A DNA stretch of 35,259 bases from an uncultured bacterium. GTDB lineage: Bacteria; Bacteroidota; Bacteroidia; Bacteroidales; CAIWKO01. Below are positions 27,853-35,194 of the stretch, piece after piece. How positions within the stretch are numbered: the first letter of the stretch is position 1; each line of letters opens with the position of its first letter. The stretch spans positions 1 through 35,259 of the forward strand of contig CAIWVT010000347.1 in the NCBI GenBank assembly GCA_903916135.1, in the 5' to 3' direction. Position numbers and translations under genes: made by a program. The notes under the pieces were generated by a model. It made no database searches and was not told where the DNA came from. It saw only the letters and a program-made list of their open reading frames with translations.

Positions 27853-27949
27853 AAAATCCCGAAGGGATGAAATTATAATGTCACCCATTCTGGGTTTTAT
27901 CATTATCTGAATTCTGTGTTCTATAATATTATCATCCCTTCGGGATTTT
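27853..27949. repeat. inverted-repeat pair built on tccc-gaa-ggga hairpins
   Basis: The sequence aaaatcccgaagggatgaaattataat (27853-27879) pairs with ataatattatcatcccttcgggatttt (about 27924-27949) as an imperfect inverted repeat about 45 bp apart. A related agtccgaaggactgaaattat lies at 27803-27823. Confidence 0.7.
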
Positions 27950-27970
27950 AGCATAATGTGTAACATCAGT

Positions 27971-28329
27971 TATAAAGAGATGAAAAAGCTCTCTATAGAC
28001 ATGAATGAGCTCTCTATAGAAATGAATTTGTTCTCTATAGACATGAATGAGCTCTCTATAGAGATGAATTTGTCCTTTATAGACATGAATGAGCTCTCTA
28101 TAGAGATGAATTTGCCCTCTTTAGACATTAATGAGCTCTCTATAGAGATGAATTTGTTCTCTATAGACATTAATGAGCTCTCTATAGAGATTAATATGTT
28201 CTCTATAGAGATGAATGAGCCATTTATAGACATTAATGAGCTATTTATAGAGATGAATTTGCAATTTATAGAGATGAATTTGTCATTTATAGAGATGAAT
28301 TTGTCCTCTATAGCGTTCTATAAATTCTC
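27971..28329. repeat. 21-bp tandem array C (16 in-register units plus 1 offset partial unit)
   Basis: TATAG anchors fall at 27994 + 21n up to 28309. Units alternate between tatagaCatgaatGAGCTCtc and tatagaGatgaatTTGTyCtc, giving a 42-bp super-period. The core ctctatagag is a 10-bp palindrome. Confidence 0.93.
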
Positions 28330-28540
28330 CAAACAGCCTATTGACCACTTTACAGCCAAAAACATGCTTTTTTATATATTTTATGCTCAATAATTAGTAT
28401 TTATAGCTTAAAACTTAATATTTAAACCTTAAAACTTGATATTTTAGGTCACAAATCACCAACTTTAGGAAATGGATAGGAAATTCTTAGTGCCTCTTAG
28501 TGCTCTTAGTGCCTCAGTGGTTTCTTTTATAAATCAAAAA

Positions 28541-29422
28541 TCAACAAATCAACCGCAACGAACTCGGCACAACCTTCACTTCAAGCTCTTTGCCCAAGTC
28601 AATTTCGTCGCCATCTATGTGGGCGATGTTGTTTTTTTGTTGGATGATGCGCGCGTCGGTGGTTTTGAAGATGCGGATGAAGGGTGTTTTGTGGGCTAAA
28701 CCCACGAAGATAAACGGAATCACGAAAGCGGCATAATAGATAAGCGGTTTGCGGATGATACATAGGTTGAGCAAGCCGTCGTCTATGATGGAAGTGGGCG
28801 AAATGCGCGTGTTGAAGCCAAATTGGTCTGAGTTTGCCACGCATATCATAAAGGATTTTGTTTTGATGATGCGTTCGTTCACATAAATCTTGAAACGCTT
28901 GGGGTTGTAGCGAATATATTCCATGAAAGCTATCTTGGCATAAGACCAAAAGCCGCGCGTTTTGACCTGCGAGAAGCGTTCGGCGACATAAGCATCGAAG
29001 CCCACGCCTGCAATACTGACAAAGACGCGCCCGTTGATGGTGCCCGTGTCTATGGTTTTCACCTGATAGCGATTGATGAGCAGCAAAGCCTTGCGCACAT
29101 TGAGGGAAATCTTCATGAAACGCGCCAAACCATTGCCGGAACCTGCGGGAATGATGCCCATGGCGGTTTGGGTGTGAAGCAAAGCCTGCGCGACCTCGTT
29201 GACGGTGCCATCGCCGCCCACGGCAATGACGGCAGCGTAGCCCATCTGAGCCGCCTCACGACTCAACTCAATGGCATGAGCCTTGGCTTGGGTGTAGCAG
29301 ATTTCGTAATCGAAGGCAGCCTTGTCCAAATGGGTTTCGATGCGGCGCTCGACAATCTTTTGCTTGCCAATGCCCGATTTGGGATTGATGATGAAGCGTA
29401 TTTTGCGGGGCGGGTTACTCAT
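28541..29422 (-). CDS. YegS/BmrU-type diacylglycerol-kinase-family lipid kinase
   Basis: Contains KIRFIINPKSG, AVGGDGTVNEV and IIPAGSGNGLAR. The true start is the Met at 29422 (MSNPPRKIRF), which overlaps the upstream stop by 8 bp (ATGAGTAA). The longer ORF-track N-terminus is an out-of-frame overlap with the LtaS gene. Confidence 0.85.
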   Translation of the reverse strand: MSNPPRKIRFIINPKSGIGKQKIVERRIETHLDKAAFDYEICYTQAKAHAIELSREAAQMGYAAVIAVGGDGTVNEVAQALLHTQTAMGIIPAGSGNGLARFMKISLNVRKALLLINRYQVKTIDTGTINGRVFVSIAGVGFDAYVAERFSQVKTRGFWSYAKIAFMEYIRYNPKRFKIYVNERIIKTKSFMICVANSDQFGFNTRISPTSIIDDGLLNLCIIRKPLIYYAAFVIPFIFVGLAHKTPFIRIFKTTDARIIQQKNNIAHIDGDEIDLGKELEVKVVPSSLRLIC

Positions 29423-30911
29423 GGGTGTCGCTGAGTTTGTTTTGGAGCATGCGTTGGTTGTAGGCTTGGATGAGCGCTTTGGTAAACTGCTCCAATTCGT
29501 GCGCCTTGGCGACATTGGATAGGAGGAGATTGTTTTGAAGGAGGCGGTCGTTGGTGATGTCATACAAGGCGGTGGCTTTTTCGCCATTGAATTGGAGCAC
29601 ATAGCCGTCTTTGATGAGTTGATAGGAGCTGTTGAGATAGCTGATGGCAAAATGGGGCGCAGCGGAGTCGAAAACACTGCTTCCGAAGGCTACATATTTA
29701 TCTTTATAGTGAACAAAATCGAGCAGGGAAGGCAATATGTCGGCTTGTTGGGTGATGGTTTTGTTGATGCCTTGCATTTGGGGGTTGTTGTGCATATAAT
29801 AAATGATGGGAATGGCGTAGGTGCCCAAATTATTTTGATAATAGGAGTTGTAAGCCAAGGAAGAATGGTCGGCAGTGATGACAAATAGGGTGGAATCGAA
29901 CCATGGAAGGTGTTCGCAGGTGTGGAAAAACTCCTTCAAGGCGTGGTCGGTGTAGCCAATGCTCTCGTGAATCTCTAAAGTTCCTTTGGGGAATTGGTTT
30001 TTATACTTAGGCGGGATGGTGTAGGGATGATGGGACGACAATGTGAAGATGGTGGAGAAGAAAGGTGGTTTGGTTTTGGTCATAGTGTTGGCGGCATATT
30101 GAAGAAACTCCTCGTCGTAGATACCCCATTTGCCATCAAAATCTTTATCATTGTTGTATTCGTTTTTGCCATAGTAGGCATCGAAGCCTGCCATCTTGGC
30201 ATAAGCATCGAAGTTCATGGTTCCGTTTTTTCCGCCGTGATAAAAGGCAGAGGTGTAGCCTTCATGTTTCAAAACAAGCGGTAAGGAATTGACTTTGTTG
30301 CCCGAAAACATGGAAGTGATGTAGGCATCGTTCATCAAAGAAGGCAAACCTGAAGCGACGGAAGGGATGCCTTCGATGGAACGTTTTCCATTGGAGAAAG
30401 CATGCTCCATAACCATACTATGTTGGATTAAAGAATCGAGAAAGGGGGTGTAGCCTTTATAGTTGCCATTGCCAATATCGTGATTGAGGGAGCCGATATA
30501 TTCGCGGGAAAGGCTTTCGACAATAATAATAATGATGTTGAGATGGCGGAAGCTTTCGCCTGAAGAAACATTGTTTTGAACGATAGGGTTGAAGATGTTG
30601 CGTGCTTTGACATTCGAAAAATATTTTCTGTCATCTAAGCTTTTCATCTCGATGGTACTGAAGATGGAGAAAGGCGTGTTTACAAGCAGGGGAGCGTTTT
30701 GCGGATTGGTGTATTCGCCAGCATTAATCATACTCAGCGGTCGCAAACGGAATCCACCACGAGCGATAAAAAGCGAAGAACCCATAATTAAAATAAACCA
30801 TAAGAGGCTCAAAAGAAAATGCTTCACGGTTTTGATTTGCGTATGCTTTACTTGTTTTGTTTTTCTATAGAGAAATACCATGGAGACAATAAAAGCTGCG
30901 GCAATTACCAC
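29415..30911 (-). CDS. LTA-synthase/sulfatase-family protein, catalytic part (fragment of an interrupted gene)
   Basis: Alkaline-phosphatase-superfamily motifs are present (IIIIVESLSREY, SNGKRSIEGIPS, TADHS). In frame with 30927..31355 across a single TAA. Confidence 0.8.
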   Translation of the reverse strand: MVIAAAFIVSMVFLYRKTKQVKHTQIKTVKHFLLSLLWFILIMGSSLFIARGGFRLRPLSMINAGEYTNPQNAPLLVNTPFSIFSTIEMKSLDDRKYFSNVKARNIFNPIVQNNVSSGESFRHLNIIIIIVESLSREYIGSLNHDIGNGNYKGYTPFLDSLIQHSMVMEHAFSNGKRSIEGIPSVASGLPSLMNDAYITSMFSGNKVNSLPLVLKHEGYTSAFYHGGKNGTMNFDAYAKMAGFDAYYGKNEYNNDKDFDGKWGIYDEEFLQYAANTMTKTKPPFFSTIFTLSSHHPYTIPPKYKNQFPKGTLEIHESIGYTDHALKEFFHTCEHLPWFDSTLFVITADHSSLAYNSYYQNNLGTYAIPIIYYMHNNPQMQGINKTITQQADILPSLLDFVHYKDKYVAFGSSVFDSAAPHFAISYLNSSYQLIKDGYVLQFNGEKATALYDITNDRLLQNNLLLSNVAKAHELEQFTKALIQAYNQRMLQNKLSDTHE

Positions 30912-30926
30912 AACATACCAATAGTC

Positions 30927-31355
30927 TTATAAATAATTCCAAAACAAGGATTGTAAGTCATCGCCAATGATGGAGCCTTTGATGACATCAAAGGTGGTTC
31001 GGCGGAAGATGAATCGAAAGAAGACCAAATCAACGCAGTTGAAGATGATGCCGATAGTGTTAGTTACATAAAACACTATTTCTGCCACTAATTGATACCA
31101 TCTTTTCTCTCTGAAATTAATCGGAAGGGTTTGCATTATGATGAACAATGCGTTGATATATATAATTGCGGAAGCGTCGAAGAGCAAACCGAAAAATAAT
31201 ATCTTACACAAATCAACGCCAGTGATGGCTCCAAAGGTTCCTATATTCAGAAAATAAAACAGTAAGCGCAGGACAGTGTAAAGGAACATTACTATGCCAA
31301 GCCTTTTTAATAAAGTGCTATAAATTGTATTTGTGATTCGAAATCGTTGCATCAT
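30927..31355 (-). CDS. LTA-synthase-family N-terminal membrane domain (fragment of an interrupted gene)
   Basis: 142 aa with 4-5 TM helices, as found at the N-terminus of ~640-aa LtaS-family proteins. Ends at the TAA at 30927-30929, and the same frame continues DYWYVVVIAAAF.... Confidence 0.7.
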   Translation of the reverse strand: MMQRFRITNTIYSTLLKRLGIVMFLYTVLRLLFYFLNIGTFGAITGVDLCKILFFGLLFDASAIIYINALFIIMQTLPINFREKRWYQLVAEIVFYVTNTIGIIFNCVDLVFFRFIFRRTTFDVIKGSIIGDDLQSLFWNYL

Positions 31356-31419
31356 TGTGCAAAAATAATGAATATCGCTTTATTAATAAGAAAAAAAAAT
31401 ACTTTATGCTGGATTTGAA

Positions 31420-31737
31420 TTAAAAAATTGAGACAATAACTTTACGTTTCACTTCAGTTGCGATGTTTCCGGCTTTGTCTTTTACGTTGTATGTAATATA
31501 ATAGGTGTCTATGGTGTGTATGTCCACAGGATTTACGACAACGATATTACTACTAATATCGCCATCGGTTTCGTCCATGGCAGTTGCACCAGCATCAATA
31601 TAAATGGAATCTTTTTCAGAATTAAAGGTTTGAAGTCCTTTTAATGTTAAAGTGGGTGCGGTTTTGTCGGAGGAAGTTTTTTTACAGGAAAAGAAAATGA
31701 CGGGTATCAACAAAATAATAAAAATGAGTTTTTTCAT
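31420..31737 (-). CDS. small lipoprotein consisting of one DUF5011-type Ig-like domain
   Basis: Signal with lipobox (IFFSCKK) plus PTLTLKG...YIDAGATAMDETDGDIS...TYYITYNVKDKAGNIA...RKVIV. Confidence 0.75.
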   Translation of the reverse strand: MKKLIFIILLIPVIFFSCKKTSSDKTAPTLTLKGLQTFNSEKDSIYIDAGATAMDETDGDISSNIVVVNPVDIHTIDTYYITYNVKDKAGNIATEVKRKVIVSIF

Positions 31738-31770
31738 GGCGAATAAAATTTATTTTTACAAATTAAAATA

Positions 31771-32430
31771 TCACAGGTTAAGCTTTTTATAGGTTGTAAT
31801 TCCACTGCTGACCGTTCCTGGGGGAATGGAGTCGGTGTAGTTAATTTCGAAAACCAAAGTGTCGCTGATGATTTTTACAGAACCTAAGCCTGAATAGAAA
31901 TGAGTTTGTACCGGGCTTCCAGTATCAACGCTTTGTTTGGGTACATTTACGGTATCGTGTCGGATATCGGCATAAACGACAGCGTTATTGGCAGTGGCGT
32001 AGCCTACGTACCATATTCGATTGTTCAATGTTGTGGATGTGGCAAGGGTGGATTGAAAATATGATGTGTTGATGCCTAAAACGGTTTTGCCTGAATAGTT
32101 TCCTGCATATTGGTCTGCATCGTTGCGAACAATAACGGTGCGGGTGGCATCAGTTTGATTGCCTATAGCGTCAATGGCTGTGTAAATCACATAATAAGTT
32201 CCTGCAAAATTTACGTCAACACTATCTTTAGTCGTTACAGCAAGGGTGCCATCATGCTCATCAAAGGCTTCGGCTCCCAAATCAGTATAAGTGCCGTTGA
32301 GTTGAACCAATACGGTTGCCTCTCCCTTTAAAGTAATGATGGGAGCAGAAGTATCTTTTTTCTTACAAGAAAAAAAAACCAAGGAAGCGAAGAGAAAAAT
32401 TATTAAGGATGATTTGATAGACATAGTCAA
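31771..32430 (-). CDS. lipoprotein: DUF5011-type Ig-like domain plus conserved ~110-aa C-terminal domain
   Basis: Lipobox FFSCKK. Contains PIITLKG..YTDLGAEAFDEHDG..GTYYVIYTAIDAIGN..RTVIV. The C-terminal domain is shared with the 33250 and 34045 products. Confidence 0.8.
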   Translation of the reverse strand: MTMSIKSSLIIFLFASLVFFSCKKKDTSAPIITLKGEATVLVQLNGTYTDLGAEAFDEHDGTLAVTTKDSVDVNFAGTYYVIYTAIDAIGNQTDATRTVIVRNDADQYAGNYSGKTVLGINTSYFQSTLATSTTLNNRIWYVGYATANNAVVYADIRHDTVNVPKQSVDTGSPVQTHFYSGLGSVKIISDTLVFEINYTDSIPPGTVSSGITTYKKLNL

Positions 32431-32667
32431 TTGGTTAATTGAGTTAATTAGTTGATTAGTTGATTAGTTGATTTGTTGATTAAGTTAATTGAGTTGATCC
32501 CGACACTGAGTGTACGGGACAGGTTGAGTTAATTGAGTTAATTAGTTAATTAGTTAATTAGTTGATTAAGTTAATTGAGTTGATCCCGACACTGCTTGTA
32601 CGGGACAGGTTGAGTTAATTGAGTTGAATGAGTTGATCGCGACATTGCGTGTATGGGACAGGTTGTT
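32431..32667. repeat. three copies of a 33-nt hairpin module embedded in a 7-8-bp microsatellite
   Basis: The module ttgatcccgacactg..tgtacgggacaggttg occurs at 32494-32526 and 32580-32612, with a diverged copy at 32633-32665. The flanks are agttgatt / agttaatt / gagttaatt words. Confidence 0.85.
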
Positions 32668-33219
32668 TTAATTGGTTAAGTGGGTATCTGTGTTAGAGTT
32701 TTCTTGTTTGTTTCGTTCAATCCAATTAGTAATGCGCTTACTGTTGGTTATCAATATATATGCAATCACAGTTTTAGCAAAATAGAAAATCAGCCACCCT
32801 ATCGTTGGGCTTTCGCTGAAAATACTTTTTTGTTGATAAAAAATAAATATCTGTCGGCAAAGCTCGGGCAAACTATCAATAAAGAGGATGCCACCTACGA
32901 CGATGATAGCAATTTGCACTACTGTTGACATTTGAATATTAATTTCAAGTTTCTCTTCTCTGAAATGTTTATCAAGAGCTAATATATCAATTAGCCAATT
33001 AGTTTTGAAAAGAAATAGCCACAATCCAATCAGTACAATCGTTAAGGCAAATATAATAACTCCGATTGCAATCAACATATTGGGCGAATCGTACCTACTA
33101 AATGAGTTTGCAACCATGAAAGCCGAGCCCATTGCTTGTGGAACCAAAATTAAAGCACTAATAAGAATATTAATTCCTAAAATCTTTATAATAATTATCC
33201 ATAAACTTCTTGGAGTCAT
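32668..33219 (-). CDS. hypothetical membrane protein (183 aa, ~5 TM)
   Basis: Hydrophobic helices throughout. No recognisable family. Confidence 0.6.
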   Translation of the reverse strand: MTPRSLWIIIIKILGINILISALILVPQAMGSAFMVANSFSRYDSPNMLIAIGVIIFALTIVLIGLWLFLFKTNWLIDILALDKHFREEKLEINIQMSTVVQIAIIVVGGILFIDSLPELCRQIFIFYQQKSIFSESPTIGWLIFYFAKTVIAYILITNSKRITNWIERNKQENSNTDTHLTN

Positions 33220-33249
33220 ATATCTTAAAATAATAATTTTTGTTACTTA

Positions 33250-33891
33250 CTAATTACGAATATAATCTCCATGTGCCGAATAAACCAAAGAGGAATCAGC
33301 AATTGTGTAATTGATAGTAAAGACAGAATCGGAAGCAAAACTACCAGCACCCGAGAAGGTTCTGCTGTGCGAAGGAATTCCACACGAAATTGTTTGTTGG
33401 GGAATTGTAATAGTTGTTCCTGCAATAGTTCCATAGACAGTTGCATTTTCGTAGGTTCCAAAACGTTTAAAATTGATGACGTTCGTTGTATCTATACGAA
33501 CGGAGAGTGTATCTATATAGGTAGCATCGTATGTACTGATAATATAATTTTTGACAGTAAAAAACCCGCTTACATAAGGTGCGGCGTTCACAATGACGGT
33601 GCGCATGACCGATGAAGCATTTTTAGCTCCATCCAATGCTGAGTAGGTGATGACACTTTTGCCTGCAGAATACATATTAACGCTTCCAGAGGTAGTATAG
33701 GTAAGAGTGCCGTCGAAATCGTCAATAACAGTAGCACCCGGGTCAGTATAAATCGCTTGACTTGCAAAGGTAACGATATCAGGGTTGGAACCTTGAAGCG
33801 TGATAACAGGTGGCGTTGTGTCGTTCTTTTTACAAGAGATAAAAAATACAATAATAGAAATGAACGTGAGATAGGCAATTTTTTTCATCAT
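33250..33891 (-). CDS. lipoprotein: DUF5011-type Ig-like domain plus conserved C-terminal domain
   Basis: Start preferred at MMKKIAYLTFISIIVFFISCKK; the ORF track extends to 33915. Contains PVITLQG..YTDPGATVIDDFDG..ITYSALDGAKN..RTVIV, and the C-terminal motif ITIPQQTISCGIPSHSRTFSGAGS. Confidence 0.8.
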   Translation of the reverse strand: MMKKIAYLTFISIIVFFISCKKNDTTPPVITLQGSNPDIVTFASQAIYTDPGATVIDDFDGTLTYTTSGSVNMYSAGKSVITYSALDGAKNASSVMRTVIVNAAPYVSGFFTVKNYIISTYDATYIDTLSVRIDTTNVINFKRFGTYENATVYGTIAGTTITIPQQTISCGIPSHSRTFSGAGSFASDSVFTINYTIADSSLVYSAHGDYIRN

Positions 33892-34001
33892 AAGGTTGTT
33901 TGAATTAGGCTTCAAATGTAAGAATAATTATTGAGAAAACTGAAAACTATGTAAAATATTGTATTTTGTATGGTTTAAAACGAAGTATTATGGCAAAAAA
34001 A

Positions 34002-34032
34002 AGGCAGCCTTTTTGGAAGCTGCCTCTTTTTT
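34002..34032 (-). terminator. Rho-independent terminator (usable on both strands) after the 34045 gene
   Basis: The stem aggcagc / gctgcct (34002-34008 / 34019-34025) is flanked by an A-run upstream and a T-run downstream. Confidence 0.6.
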
Positions 34033-34044
34033 AATAAAATTATT

Positions 34045-34710
34045 CTATTGTTTTGTGAAAACATCTACACCAGTGTAAGTGTTATCAGAAACTTCAGTAA
34101 GATTAACTGTAATAACTTTTGTAGTAGTATTTACAGGACCACTGCCAGTAAATGTGCGAACCATTGCAGGGCTACCACAAGTAAATGATTGTTGAGGTAA
34201 ATTGCAAGAAGTCATTGCAGTATTCAAATCAATGTAAGGGGAACAACCTGTATAGTAAGCAAATCTACTAAAAATTAGACGATAATTTGTTGTAGAAGAA
34301 GCAGTGATAGTTTCAGTCCAAGCAAAATGCCATGTTCCGCTAATACCATCATCTGTTGCGCTAAAAGTTCCAGCCAATACTTTTGCATCATTAGCTACAG
34401 TAACAGTTCTGGTAGCAGTACCTTTGTTGCCATCAGCATCAGTAGCTGAATAGGTGTAAACGTAATCGCCAGCTAAATCTTTATTAAAAGCTGGTACTAC
34501 TGTTACATCAATGCTTGTAATTACAGTACCTTTGCTATCTTTTGCAGTAGCACCCGGATCGGTAAAAGCTGCATTTAAAGAAGAAGTCATAGTAGCATTG
34601 CCAACTAAAGTAACGGTTGGTGGCGTTGAGTTTGTTTTTGTACAACTTGAAATTGTACATAAGCCAGCGATTAACACAATCGAAGCAAATACTAAAGAAA
34701 TTTTTTTCAT
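34045..34710 (-). CDS. lipoprotein: DUF5011-type Ig-like domain plus conserved C-terminal domain
   Basis: Start moved to MKKISLVFASIVLIAGLCTISSC (ATG at 34710). Contains PTVTLVG..FTDPGATAKDSKG..YVYTYSATDADGN..RTVTV, and the C-terminal motif CNLPQQSFTCGSPAMVRTFTGSG. Confidence 0.8.
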   Translation of the reverse strand: MKKISLVFASIVLIAGLCTISSCTKTNSTPPTVTLVGNATMTSSLNAAFTDPGATAKDSKGTVITSIDVTVVPAFNKDLAGDYVYTYSATDADGNKGTATRTVTVANDAKVLAGTFSATDDGISGTWHFAWTETITASSTTNYRLIFSRFAYYTGCSPYIDLNTAMTSCNLPQQSFTCGSPAMVRTFTGSGPVNTTTKVITVNLTEVSDNTYTGVDVFTKQ

Positions 34711-34820
34711 GTTTGTTTTTTGTTTTAAGTTTGTAAAATAATAGTAAAAGATTTTCTTTTTAATTTTTTGCAAAAGTAAACAAAAAAGTGATAGAAAAAT
34801 ATTTTTTGAAAAAAAAAAAC

Positions 34821-34850
34821 TTGCATATAAAAAATAAAGTATTACTTTTG
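34821..34850 (+). promoter_or_regulatory. putative promoter for the 34882 gene
   Basis: TTG at 34821-34823, then 19 bp, then TACTTTTG (matches TAnnTTTG) at 34843-34850. Confidence 0.35.
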
Positions 34851-34881
34851 CAAACCAAAACCTTAAAAAAAGTTAAAAAAA

Positions 34882-35145
34882 ATGAAAAAAGTATTTACAT
34901 TAATCGTAGCTGCCAGCATGGTATCTTTAGTTGCTTGTGGACCAAGTGCTGAAGAAATAGCTAAAAAAGAAAAAGCTAAACAAGATTCTATTGCTTTAGC
35001 ACAAAAAGAACAAGCAACACAAGATTCTATTGCAGCAGTAGCTAAAGCTCAAGAAGAAGCAGTAGCAGCAGCAGCAAAGGCAAAAGAAGATTCAATTGCA
35101 GCAGCAGCAGCAAAAAAAGGCGGCAAAAAAGGCGGCAAAAAATAA
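34882..35145 (+). CDS. small Ala/Lys-rich lipoprotein (87 aa)
   Basis: Signal plus lipobox (SLVAC). Low-complexity helical body with three QDSIA/EDSIA repeats and a KKGGKKGGKK tail. Confidence 0.6.
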   Translation: MKKVFTLIVAASMVSLVACGPSAEEIAKKEKAKQDSIALAQKEQATQDSIAAVAKAQEEAVAAAAKAKEDSIAAAAAKKGGKKGGKK

Positions 35146-35165
35146 TTGATTTGTTTTAATCAAGC

Positions 35166-35194
35166 AAAAGGCGGATATTTCCGCCTTTTTTTTA
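35166..35194 (+). terminator. Rho-independent terminator
   Basis: Reads aaaaggcgga-tatt-tccgcc followed by a run of 8-9 T, about 20 bp after the stop. Confidence 0.8.

Noticed and set aside
27492-28329. CRISPR array interpretation of the 21-bp arrays (and of 17883..18271).
   Set aside because: The units are contiguous 21-mers with only about 9 variable nt, which is far too short for spacers. The repeats lack typical CRISPR length and structure. No cas genes or leader are present in the window.
27956-28393. A 145-aa ORF with heptad repeats (ELSIEMN / LFSIDMN) across array C, plus its antisense partner at 27970..28233 and the two ORFs over array A (17943..18188 on the minus strand, 17974..18192 on the plus strand).
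   Set aside because: A 21-bp period equals 7 codons, and the palindromic core ctctatagag reads S-I-E on both strands, so open frames on both strands arise by construction. The frames run straight through the change of unit type in array A. The homologous array B contains stops (for example ...ctacataaacc...). Conservation sits in the first 12 nt of each unit irrespective of codon position. I treat these as non-coding, although expression data could overturn this.
29423-29677. An N-terminal extension of the lipid-kinase ORF (the ORF track gives 378 aa).
   Set aside because: The extension overlaps the end of the LtaS-family gene out of frame and is P/S/T-rich. A canonical kinase N-terminus (MSNPPRKIRFIINPKSG) begins at 29422, with an ATGA-type overlap to the upstream stop.
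30927-30929. Reassignment of TAA to a sense codon (alternative genetic code) as the explanation for the in-frame stop in the LtaS gene.
   Set aside because: TAA terminates many well-delimited genes in this window at the expected protein ends, including acr3, murA, sufB and the DUF1573 gene. A global reassignment is therefore not supported.
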